From NCBI GenBank assembly GCA_963668025.2, contig CAXXTH010000018.1, positions 224,001-288,000 on the forward strand: a stretch of DNA of 64,000 nucleotides, in the 5' to 3' direction. A model generated the notes under the pieces. That model was not told the DNA's origin. It was given only the letters and a program-made list of their open reading frames with translations, and did not search any database. The position numbers and the translations under genes are program-made. This stretch comes from Candidatus Hydrogenedentota bacterium. Lineage in GTDB: Bacteria > Hydrogenedentota > Hydrogenedentia > Hydrogenedentales > SLHB01. This document shows positions 50,297-59,078 of this stretch, piece after piece; within the stretch, counting starts at the first letter, position 1; each line of letters opens with the position of its first letter.

Positions 50297-50733
50297 ATCT
50301 CTGCCTGCGCCAACCAGATGGCTCCGTCGAAGCCTTGGCTACACATGATACTAATTATTTTGAACATATGCTCCTGGTTGCACTGAATGACTTAGGCCAA
50401 GTCGCGTGGTTGGGCAAAAATGATGAAGGCACGCCGACGGTCTACCTGCGCGGCCCCGTGGACACCCTCACGGACACGGACGGCGATGCGCGGTCCGACG
50501 CCATCGAGGGCAAGGGGGATGACAAAGCGGCCAGCCGCGATACGGATGGCGATACCACGCCGGATTATCTGGACCTCGATAGCGACAACGACGGCTTGCC
50601 GGACACCTATGATCCCACGGCCTACGATATGGACAATCCCACCCCGCTACCCCTCACCACTGCACCGCTGGCGCTGGTTTTAACGGTTGTATGTGTATGG
50701 CGTAGAAAAACGAAAACATCAACCATTCGTTGA
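50297..50733 (+). pseudogene. Orphan C-terminal fragment paralogous to the 3' end of 50743-52272
   Basis: ICLRQPDGSVE vs IYLRQPDGSVE; 50389-50655 near-identical to 51931-52197. Confidence 0.8.
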
Positions 50734-50742
50734 ACGTTTTTT

Positions 50743-52272
50743 ATGAAAAGGGGATGTGATATGAAAAGGCAGTTTGTAATAATGATGGTCTGCTTGTCCG
50801 CGATAACCGGAACCGCTTGGTCGGAAGATATTACCATCGAAATCGGGCCGTACGAGGGCTCCATTTTCTTATCGCCCGTTGGGGATGTATTTTGTGCATG
50901 GAAGGACCTTGCGCGTGGCGACTATACGCCGCATCTATATGTCTGGCGGCTTTCACGCGGGGTTCAAGACATCGGAGATATACTCGACAAAATACGCCAT
51001 CATGTTAGTGAAGTTACAGTCCCCACGGTCATCTTTGGCGGTGGATATGCCACTTGGCAGCGCATCATTAAAGATAGTGCCTTGCATCCACCAGTGGTCC
51101 GGGATCCAGCAGGTGCGCTCCATGAGCTTCCTTTTTCTGGTTATACCTATAGCATCAATGGTTCTGGTGAATTAGTTGGGAGTGAAGAAAAAAATTTTGT
51201 ATATTCTGCCTTTGCCTGGAGCCTGCTTGGCGGACTGAGCATGCCACCGTATGCTGGTGCGGATTATTCCTTTGGATGCTCCGTAAACGAATCCGGCGAT
51301 ATAGCAGGCATTGCACAGACTGGAGACGATACCCACACCGTCATTTGGATGAAAGATGGAACCCAACTCGATTTGGGCTCTGGAGGCACAGCGAATCTTT
51401 ACAATTCGCCATTACTGAATGATGCAGACACATCGCTATTTCTTGGGACGGATGAGTCAAAAAATCCTAAGCTTTTATATAGGCAATCGAATGGCGTTGT
51501 ACACGATCTGGGCAATAAGGCTGACAACAGCAACGGACGTTACATTCTACGCTTGAATGATGCGGGATTAGCGGTGTGGAACCGTGTAACGGAGGCCGGA
51601 AATCGGCAAGCCGTGGCGTGGGATCCCGTGAATGGGCTCATGGAGATTACGCCTGACGAGGCTGGCGATGCTTACGTTACCGATCTGAACGAGGCAGGCC
51701 AAGTCGTGGGCACCTGGAAGGGCAAAGCGTTTGTATGGGATCAGACAAATGGCTTGCATATACTTACCGAAAATAATGGCGTCCAGTATGTGAGAATAGA
51801 TAGTCTGGGACGAATTGCCTGGTGCCAGTATGGCTATGTGATTTATTTGCGGCAGCCGGATGGCTCCGTTGAGACTCTATCGACGCTAGATAGCAATTAT
51901 AATGAATACGCGCCCATTGTTGCGCTAAACGACTTAGGCCAAGTCGCCTGGTTGGGCAAAAATGATGAAGGCACGCCCACGGTCTATCTGCGCGGCCCCG
52001 TGGACACCCTCACGGATACGGACGGCGATGCGCGGTCCGACGCCATCGAAGGCAAGGGGGATGACAAAGCGGCCAGCCGCGATACGGATGGCGATACCAC
52101 GCCGGATTATCTGGACCTCGATAGCGACAACGACGGCTTGCCGGACGCCTATGATCCCACGGCCTACGATATGGACAATCCCACTCCGCTACCCCTCGCC
52201 ACCACGCCGCTCATCCTGGCTTTGGCGGCCACCATGGTGTGGCGCAGGAAAAAACTACCGGTGGCGTCCTAG
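50743..52272 (+). CDS. Secreted beta-propeller (HAF-like repeats) protein with acidic Ca-binding-like repeats and a C-terminal TM anchor
   Basis: Signal peptide, repeated IN..G..VG/AF.W, DTDGD repeats, PTPLPL-TM-RRKK. Confidence 0.75.
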   Translation: MKRGCDMKRQFVIMMVCLSAITGTAWSEDITIEIGPYEGSIFLSPVGDVFCAWKDLARGDYTPHLYVWRLSRGVQDIGDILDKIRHHVSEVTVPTVIFGGGYATWQRIIKDSALHPPVVRDPAGALHELPFSGYTYSINGSGELVGSEEKNFVYSAFAWSLLGGLSMPPYAGADYSFGCSVNESGDIAGIAQTGDDTHTVIWMKDGTQLDLGSGGTANLYNSPLLNDADTSLFLGTDESKNPKLLYRQSNGVVHDLGNKADNSNGRYILRLNDAGLAVWNRVTEAGNRQAVAWDPVNGLMEITPDEAGDAYVTDLNEAGQVVGTWKGKAFVWDQTNGLHILTENNGVQYVRIDSLGRIAWCQYGYVIYLRQPDGSVETLSTLDSNYNEYAPIVALNDLGQVAWLGKNDEGTPTVYLRGPVDTLTDTDGDARSDAIEGKGDDKAASRDTDGDTTPDYLDLDSDNDGLPDAYDPTAYDMDNPTPLPLATTPLILALAATMVWRRKKLPVAS

Positions 52273-52319
52273 CGTTCTCCAGGCGTTTACATAAGAAATA
52301 CATGCATCTCATATGGACT

Positions 52320-52346
52320 GCGGCAGCTTGCTGCCGCTTTTTTTTT
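52320..52346 (+). terminator. Intrinsic terminator
   Basis: GCGGCAGC-TT-GCTGCCGC followed by T9. Confidence 0.75.
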
Positions 52347-52526
52347 ATTCTCTTTTGTTACCTTAACCCGCTTTCAGCCCTGTGGCTTGAAAGTTGCACA
52401 AAGCATACAATGCGTTGGCTGCCCAGCGCTTGAGGTTTGGATTGCTTGGCGGCGGGCGAGTCCCTATAATCAACACGCCTGGAGGTGGGACATTTGGCGG
52501 CGGCGTAATAGCAGCAAGAGGTTCGG

Positions 52527-53630
52527 GTGGAGCAAGCATTTGATTTCATACGGGTTCCCCGGCCAGATATGGCGGCGATACTAATCACGTTGGGGATATT
52601 GGTGGGCTTGTTTTTCTTGGCCATCATCTTGGAGATATCCCGCCGCGCCAAGGACCGGGTTGCCCGCATCGAGGCCGAGTGGTTATCGGTAAAAGATATC
52701 GTCCGCGACAAGGATTTATCAAAAGGGGAATGGAACACCCTCGATGCCATGATCAAGGAGTACGCCCCCACTCGCCCGCTCGATGCCATCACTACACGAA
52801 AACGCTTCAATGAGTGCGTTTCCTCATATATGGACGCCGTATTCGAAACAGGCAATATGCAGCAATATGAACAGGTGGGCCTTCTTCTTCGTGATTTGCG
52901 CATTCGGCTTGCCTTGGACTATGCGCCCTACGGCCAGCGGCTCGAAACCACGCGTGAATTTTCGGAGCCCCTATCCTTTCTCGCCGCCCGTATGGGCGAT
53001 GCGCGGCCTCATTGGTGCCGATTGCATATCATGCATCTCGATGAAGCCTATCTATGCGTCAGTGTTGAACGCCTCAAAACCGATGACCATATGCCTGCCT
53101 GGGCCAAGGGCGACACCCTGCAATGCCGCATGTGGCGCGAAGACGACGCCCGGTATACCTTCGAGATCCACGTGGCTAAAGTGGACCTCGAAGAAGGGCA
53201 GGCATGGCTCTATCATACTGAAGAACTCACCCGGGTCCAGTCTCGAGCCTATTATCGCGTTGGACACAACCAGCCGGTGAGTATTGCCATGGTAAGCTAT
53301 CCGGCCAATGGAGATTTTGATGATATCGAAAGCCGGCCGGCAGGCGCCCATGTCCGCGGGCGCATCACCAGCATCAGCGCAGGCGGGCTCGCCATCGAGA
53401 CGCTCCAAAGCATTCCATCGCACGTACTCATGCGCCTTACCCTCGACTTGCCGGGAGCGGAACCAATCACTGTACATGTGGCCATTGTAGGGGAATCACG
53501 CCTCGCGGCAGGACGTATGCTCATTCGCGGGTATTATGCCGGGATGGATGATCCTACACGCGATATCATCGCACAATATATTTGGAGGAGGCAGCAGCCT
53601 CTGCTAAAGAAAGAAGATGGAGCCCATTAG
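52527..53630 (+). CDS. Membrane-anchored PilZ-domain (YcgR-like) protein
   Basis: N-terminal TM; QSRAYYRV (RxxxR) and SISAGG motifs. Confidence 0.75.
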   Translation: MEQAFDFIRVPRPDMAAILITLGILVGLFFLAIILEISRRAKDRVARIEAEWLSVKDIVRDKDLSKGEWNTLDAMIKEYAPTRPLDAITTRKRFNECVSSYMDAVFETGNMQQYEQVGLLLRDLRIRLALDYAPYGQRLETTREFSEPLSFLAARMGDARPHWCRLHIMHLDEAYLCVSVERLKTDDHMPAWAKGDTLQCRMWREDDARYTFEIHVAKVDLEEGQAWLYHTEELTRVQSRAYYRVGHNQPVSIAMVSYPANGDFDDIESRPAGAHVRGRITSISAGGLAIETLQSIPSHVLMRLTLDLPGAEPITVHVAIVGESRLAAGRMLIRGYYAGMDDPTRDIIAQYIWRRQQPLLKKEDGAH

Positions 53631-54345
53631 CCCCCCCGAATCATTTCTCGAAGCCATGCACGGCGTGCGGCGCAACCTATCCGCAGCAGCCGTGTTCATC
53701 GGATTTGCGCTGGCAGGCAGCCTGGCGCTCATGCTGGTTCATTATTTTACGCCAGAAGGAGATGCTTCGCCGCCCCTCTACTGGCGTCTGCTGGCTACCT
53801 TATCTGATCTGGTTCAAGCCGCCATGGCCTCCCTGGGCGCATGTATCGGCCTCGGTCGCATGGGCCGCGATTTGGACCGGCCCCTCTGGAAAATCCGCAC
53901 CGACGGCGAATCAATACGCCGCTTTTTCCTGCCCTGGTTCATCCTGATCGCGGGAGACAGCGCCGTAAACCGCCTTCTCGCATTAAACATTGACGCCGAA
54001 GCCCACCCGGAATCCATCCTCTTATATATGTTGTTCTGCTGCGCCTTGTCGGCCTGGATCATCCCCATAGGCGCATGCATTATGTTTCATGGGCGTCTTA
54101 AATGGACGCAGGTGGGAGAAGCGCTCGCCCCACTCACTCGCAGCTTCTCCCTCACGGCGTTTTTTCTGCTCTTCGGCTTTATATCCAGCCTTATGCTGAC
54201 ATTCGTCGCTCTTTCCCTGCCCCTTCCGTATCGGCTGATAATAGAAACGGCGGACAACTTTTGCGGATGCATCATCTTCGCGGGCATCTGGGAGCTCTGC
54301 CGCTTCAATCGGAACCATCCACCGGAGCACGATTTCGATTTCTAG
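53617..54345 (+). CDS. Hypothetical integral membrane protein
   Basis: ~6 hydrophobic segments; overlaps the PilZ gene end. Confidence 0.65.
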   Translation: MEPISPPESFLEAMHGVRRNLSAAAVFIGFALAGSLALMLVHYFTPEGDASPPLYWRLLATLSDLVQAAMASLGACIGLGRMGRDLDRPLWKIRTDGESIRRFFLPWFILIAGDSAVNRLLALNIDAEAHPESILLYMLFCCALSAWIIPIGACIMFHGRLKWTQVGEALAPLTRSFSLTAFFLLFGFISSLMLTFVALSLPLPYRLIIETADNFCGCIIFAGIWELCRFNRNHPPEHDFDF

Positions 54346-54359
54346 GCCATCCGCCAAGC

Positions 54360-55514
54360 TCAGCTATAGGTTTCGCGCATGCGCTCGCAGTAATACCGCA
54401 CATTATCCCATTTAGCATCTGGCGCGATACGGTGGTCCACGCAGGGCACATAACCGCCCAGCGCCACCAGCGGCTTCAGCCGTTCAATCTCCGCATCCAC
54501 GGCCGCATGGTCCTGCGAGAAGACGACTTTGTTCATACCGCCCACGCCGCGCAGTTCCTGGCCATATTGTTCCCGCCAGGGGGCGATGCTGGCGTTCCAA
54601 GTGCCCACCTCGATGGGGAACATGGTGTTGACGCCGTTTTTCAGCCATATGGGCAATAACGCGTCAATGCATCCATCGCAATCCAGCGATACGATGTTGA
54701 GGCCATGCTCGTTCATGAGGCTAGTGATGCGCTTATAATGCGGCCCCACCTTCTCCGCGAACACATCCGGGATGATCAGCGGCCCATTCTTAAAGCAAAT
54801 ATCTTCCCAGAAATGCCCATAATCGAACTTCGCACCACTTTCGAGGGCGTATTTGGCCGCTTGGTACACCAGTTCTCCTTGCGTATTGACGATCTCGGTG
54901 AACAACTCGTCATCTTCCGCGAACAGATAACTCGCGCCCACAACGCCTAGTACATTGCGAATGTTGCCGAACAGGCTGCCTGCATATAAGCTTATCGTGT
55001 AATCGCGCTCGCCAGACTGCAAAAACTCCAGGCCTCCGTCTTTCCACGGAATCATCTGGCCATTCACGAGCACCGGCGTATTGAGAATCCGATCTTCATG
55101 AAAGACGTAGCGATGCTTATAATGTTGTTCCCAGCTCGCCCGATCTTTCAGCAGATGCTCGAATTCCATGGGGATCGAGCCTGCTTCGGGCTTCTGCAAC
55201 ACCACGACGCCATCTCCATTCCTGATTTTCTTCGAACCATCCGGCATTTCTACCAGCACTTCGAACGGAAAACAGGGCTGCAAATGCGTATTGGGGCAAA
55301 ATGTCGTGAAAAAATTCATGTCAAAACCCAGCAGGCGGGTGAGCTCCGCATCCGCTGGATTGCCATCGCCCCACGCCTTGGCTAATTCGCGCGGAATATG
55401 CCCCTCATCCGCCCAGATGTCCAACGTCTCATTCCAGAAGCCAAAATGCACGATGGGCAATCGATCATACGGCTTGTAGTTCAGCACCGCCAGTAAACGT
55501 TCCCGATTATTCAT
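54360..55514 (-). CDS. Uroporphyrinogen decarboxylase family protein
   Basis: RERLLAVL..YDR, WEDICFKNGP, DCDG, FPIEV, GGMNK, GGYVPCVDH; AGGAGG RBS. Confidence 0.85.
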   Translation of the reverse strand: MNNRERLLAVLNYKPYDRLPIVHFGFWNETLDIWADEGHIPRELAKAWGDGNPADAELTRLLGFDMNFFTTFCPNTHLQPCFPFEVLVEMPDGSKKIRNGDGVVVLQKPEAGSIPMEFEHLLKDRASWEQHYKHRYVFHEDRILNTPVLVNGQMIPWKDGGLEFLQSGERDYTISLYAGSLFGNIRNVLGVVGASYLFAEDDELFTEIVNTQGELVYQAAKYALESGAKFDYGHFWEDICFKNGPLIIPDVFAEKVGPHYKRITSLMNEHGLNIVSLDCDGCIDALLPIWLKNGVNTMFPIEVGTWNASIAPWREQYGQELRGVGGMNKVVFSQDHAAVDAEIERLKPLVALGGYVPCVDHRIAPDAKWDNVRYYCERMRETYS

Positions 55515-55868
55515 GTTTCCTCCTGTAATCCTATGAATGCCTATGGTTTCGTTTACAATGCTATGGTTCATTGGCGGATGTCAAATTTTTCACTGAGCTG
55601 GTTTCATATCAAGCCCTTGTATTTTAAGACGCCACGCTCCCAGTATATTTAATGGATAATATATCTAATTTTGAAAGATATTCCCAGCATATTTGATAGA
55701 AATTGAAGCCGGCTGCTTTTCAAAAAACAACCCCGCCTTTATCCCGCACGAACCCATATCGAAGAACAGCCCGAAGTCTTGACAATTCAAATGGATGCCA
55801 GGAAAACATGGCCATGTAAAATGGATACACACCGGCTATTCCCGAGATGCAAGCATCCGCTTATTAAT

Positions 55869-55884
55869 TGGCACATGCATTGCT
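55869..55884 (+). promoter_or_regulatory. Sigma54 (-24/-12) promoter
   Basis: TGGCAC-ATGCA-TTGCT with exact spacing, downstream of an AT-rich region. Confidence 0.75.
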
Positions 55885-56292
55885 CTTCTTGAGCAGACAG
55901 GCAGGGAGTACTTTGTCTAGGGGAGCCATTCCATTCAAATAAGCCCGCCTGTCCAGTTAAGTCTGAAGTGAGTAATTCTGTTTGGTGTTACTTGGGCTCT
56001 CATCGGATGCTTGCGGACTCCTAATCGAGTGCTAACATTTCTGATGTAGCCTTTCGCCTGTTTGTGGGGCTGGTCTCACCTCGTTGCGAAAATGGGAAGC
56101 GGCATGAGCACTAAGCGGCCGAGGCGTTCCGCCAAAGCCGCAAGCCGGATGGGTGGGAAATACACGAGATGCGGGAGTGCTGCAGCTCTGTTTCTCTCCG
56201 GTAATGTGGAATCGCGGCGGGGTGAAGCGCATTAAAGCGGGAAATAGCCGTTGAGGTGTGCGCTCATGTCGAAATCACGGTAAGGAGAAACA

Positions 56293-57714
56293 ATGATGAA
56301 GAGAATCGGAAGGGGAGCCCTTCTGGGCATGCTCTTGGCCGCCATCACGGCCACGGGCGCGTTTGCCCAGCAAGGCGATCCAGCAACCAGCAAGGAGAAA
56401 GAACTCCTTGCGGTCATCGAGTCCTTGAAAGCGCGCGTCGAAGCGCTCGAGGGCAAAGTGGGCCAGGAGAAGGCAACTCCTCCCCAGCTCGAGAACCGCC
56501 TCGCGCTGATCGAAGACAAACTTACCAAAGCGGAACCAGATGACAAAGACTTCAATGTGTTCTGGAAAGACAGCCTTCGCTTCGAGACAGCGGACGGCTC
56601 GATTAAGCTGCGGCTTGGCGGTAGTACGGCTATAGATTATTTATGGGCCAGCCAGGACCGCAATTCCACCTGGTGGCGTAGCGACATCCAAGATGGCGTG
56701 GAGTTCCGCCGTGCGCGTTTGTATATGGAAGGTTCACTTTACGACAGCGTCGATTTCAAATGGCAATACGACTTCGCGAATGACGGCCTGGCCAAATGGA
56801 AAGACTTTTACCTCGATTTTAAAGAGATCCCCTATGCCAAACTACGAGTAGGCCAATATTTGCAGCCGTTCAGCCTGGATCGGTTAATCAGTTCAAATGA
56901 TTCGACGTTCCTTGAAGTCGCGCTGCCGACGGATGCTTTTACGCCGGATCGCCAAACGGGCGTGATGCTGTTCAACTCCATGTTTGAAGACCGTTTGAAC
57001 TGGGGCGTGTCGTTGTATAAGCACGATTCGAGCAACTTCGGCGACCAGTTTGACGAAGATACGGGCTGGGATGTCGCGGCTCGTGTCGCAGGCCTGCCCT
57101 GGTATGAAAACAAAGGCGAGCAGTTGCTGCATTTGGGCGTGAGCTATAGCCTCCAAAATCCCGATGGCCGCGATCGCTTCCAGACCCGTCCGGAATATCA
57201 TGGCACCGCATTCCGCTTTGTTGATACGCGCAACCCCCTTATCGCCACGGTAAATCGCGATTTCTGGGCGGATAGCATCAACATGTATAACGCCGAAGCC
57301 GCGCTGGTCTATGGGCCATTCTCGGTGCAAGGCGAATACACCTACACCGAAGCCGACACCATGGACGCCGACACGGTGGACATGAGCGGCTACTACGTGA
57401 TGGCGAGCTGGTTCATCACGGGTGAACACCGCGCATATAAAGAAGGCGTCTTCAAAAACCCGAAACCCAACAAAAACTTCAGCCTGAAAGACGGCGGCTT
57501 GGGCGCATGGGAACTGGCGCTTCGCTATTCGTATGTGGACCTGGAAGACACCGGCGTGTGGGGCGGCGAACAGACGGACTATACGGCTGGCATCAATTGG
57601 TACCTGAATCCGAACACGCGCATCATGTTCAATTACATCCATGCGGAAATTGAACACGGCTTATCAGATGACAACATCGATATGTTCGCGACACGGTTCC
57701 AGTTCAACTTCTAG
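56293..57714 (+). CDS. Phosphate-selective porin OprO/OprP family with N-terminal coiled coil
   Basis: Signal peptide, EFRRARL, YDFA, LHLG, QGEY, SWFITGE, GAWELALRYS, NWYLN, C-terminal F. Confidence 0.9.
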   Translation: MMKRIGRGALLGMLLAAITATGAFAQQGDPATSKEKELLAVIESLKARVEALEGKVGQEKATPPQLENRLALIEDKLTKAEPDDKDFNVFWKDSLRFETADGSIKLRLGGSTAIDYLWASQDRNSTWWRSDIQDGVEFRRARLYMEGSLYDSVDFKWQYDFANDGLAKWKDFYLDFKEIPYAKLRVGQYLQPFSLDRLISSNDSTFLEVALPTDAFTPDRQTGVMLFNSMFEDRLNWGVSLYKHDSSNFGDQFDEDTGWDVAARVAGLPWYENKGEQLLHLGVSYSLQNPDGRDRFQTRPEYHGTAFRFVDTRNPLIATVNRDFWADSINMYNAEAALVYGPFSVQGEYTYTEADTMDADTVDMSGYYVMASWFITGEHRAYKEGVFKNPKPNKNFSLKDGGLGAWELALRYSYVDLEDTGVWGGEQTDYTAGINWYLNPNTRIMFNYIHAEIEHGLSDDNIDMFATRFQFNF

Positions 57715-57838
57715 TGAAGACTGCCTAGCCCAGGCCAGCCCCCCGGACAAGGCGGAAAAACATAGCGAAATCAATTGCTTTAGCATACCTTGGCACCGAA
57801 ACATGTTAATTGAAACAGAAGCACAAAGGAGAAACACG

Positions 57839-57991
57839 ATGAAACACATGACGATCATTTCCAAAGAAGCTCCCGCGAAAGCCGAAAACCTGCTGGCGAA
57901 AGCCCAGTGGCTGGCCAATATGGGCACAGGCGTGACGGTTGCCACAAACATCTTCAAACTCTTCGATTCGATTACTTCAAAAGAAGCGTAA
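57839..57991 (+). CDS. 50-aa peptide of unknown function
   Basis: AAAGGAG RBS, MKHMTIISKEAPAKA.., followed by its own terminator. Confidence 0.75.
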   Translation: MKHMTIISKEAPAKAENLLAKAQWLANMGTGVTVATNIFKLFDSITSKEA

Positions 57992-58010
57992 TCGCACGCC
58001 AGTTAACACG

Positions 58011-58051
58011 AAACCGGCGGTTTCAGCAATAGCGCTGAAACCGCCGGTTTT
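58011..58051 (+). terminator. Intrinsic terminator
   Basis: Perfect 17-bp stem AAACCGGCGGTTTCAGC / GCTGAAACCGCCGGTTT. Confidence 0.8.
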
Positions 58052-58052
58052 C

Positions 58053-58084
58053 TTAACACAAATCAAACACTTCCATGCTAGAAT
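58053..58084 (+). promoter_or_regulatory. Putative Pho-box-like direct repeat with extended -10
   Basis: TTAACAC(58053)/CAAACAC(58064) 11 bp apart, then TG-C-TAGAAT; upstream of phoU. Confidence 0.5.
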
Positions 58085-58240
58085 CCATTACTTTAGCACG
58101 GTATGCGAATGCGATTGATTCGCTTCTGTATCAGATACTTCAGACACTATATTCGGCATATGTGATTCGCTGGATTTGCGGCTCAAAAGCGCCATGCATC
58201 GCAATGCGCCAGGCATCCCAGGCGAACAGAGGAGGCGGCA

Positions 58241-58921
58241 ATGTCATTCCACCTGCAAAAGGCCATCCAAAATCTAAAAAAGAAAATCCTCACCCTGGGC
58301 GGCTACGTAGAAGAAAATGTAGGCCTAGCGGTAAAGGCCCTCGAACGGCGCAATGCCGCCCTTGCCCAGGAAGTCATCAAAAACGATGACCGCATCGACC
58401 AAATGGAAGTCGAGGTCGAGGAAGAAGGCCTCAAAATGCTCGCCCTCTACCAGCCCGTCGCCATCGACCTCCGCTTTATCGTCGTCGTGATCAAAATCAA
58501 TAATGAATTGGAACGCATAGGCGACATCGCGGTGAATATCGCGGAGCGCGCCCTCTTCTTATCGAGCCATGAACCGTTGAAGCTATATTTCGATTTCCCC
58601 GAAATGGCCGATAAAGCCCAAGCCATGCTCAAGAATAGCCTCGACGCCCTGGTCAATATGGATGCCGCGCTCGCCAAAAAGGTCTGCGCCGATGATGACG
58701 AGGTCGACGCCATGAACCGGGAAAACTACGAGAAAGTAAACAAGGGCGTGAAGCAATACCTTGATGATGTAGATGCGCTCATCCATTTGCTCAATGTATC
58801 GCGCCATCTGGAGCGAATCGCGGATTTAGCCAGCAATATCGCGGAAGATGTCGTGTATATGGTGACCGGTGAGATTATCCGCCATCGCTTGGAGGATTTT
58901 TCAAAATCATCAGAAAGCTGA
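58241..58921 (+). CDS. phoU: Phosphate signalling protein PhoU
   Basis: DDRID, QPVAIDLR, ELERIGD, DDEVD, LERIADLASNIAE. Confidence 0.95.
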   Translation: MSFHLQKAIQNLKKKILTLGGYVEENVGLAVKALERRNAALAQEVIKNDDRIDQMEVEVEEEGLKMLALYQPVAIDLRFIVVVIKINNELERIGDIAVNIAERALFLSSHEPLKLYFDFPEMADKAQAMLKNSLDALVNMDAALAKKVCADDDEVDAMNRENYEKVNKGVKQYLDDVDALIHLLNVSRHLERIADLASNIAEDVVYMVTGEIIRHRLEDFSKSSES

Positions 58922-59078
58922 TCCGGCGGTAAGTAGTGGCGCGCGACAACATGCCCCTACGCCGAGGGGCAAGCAATATGCGAAGCCAAATACATAAAAT
59001 CAAATAATACAATGTTTTACCGATTTCCGCCATTCTAGAAACAAAAAGGTGGACAAGGTCTGTCCGGGATGCTAAAAT

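Noticed and set aside
40038-52197. Diversity-generating retroelement or retron (RT plus the 50389/51931 repeat pair as TR/VR)
   Set aside because: The RT lies within clear group II intron ends; repeat differences are mostly synonymous and not adenine-specific
57791-57807. Sigma54 promoter before the 50-aa peptide
   Set aside because: TGGCAC is present but there is no correctly spaced TTGC -12 element
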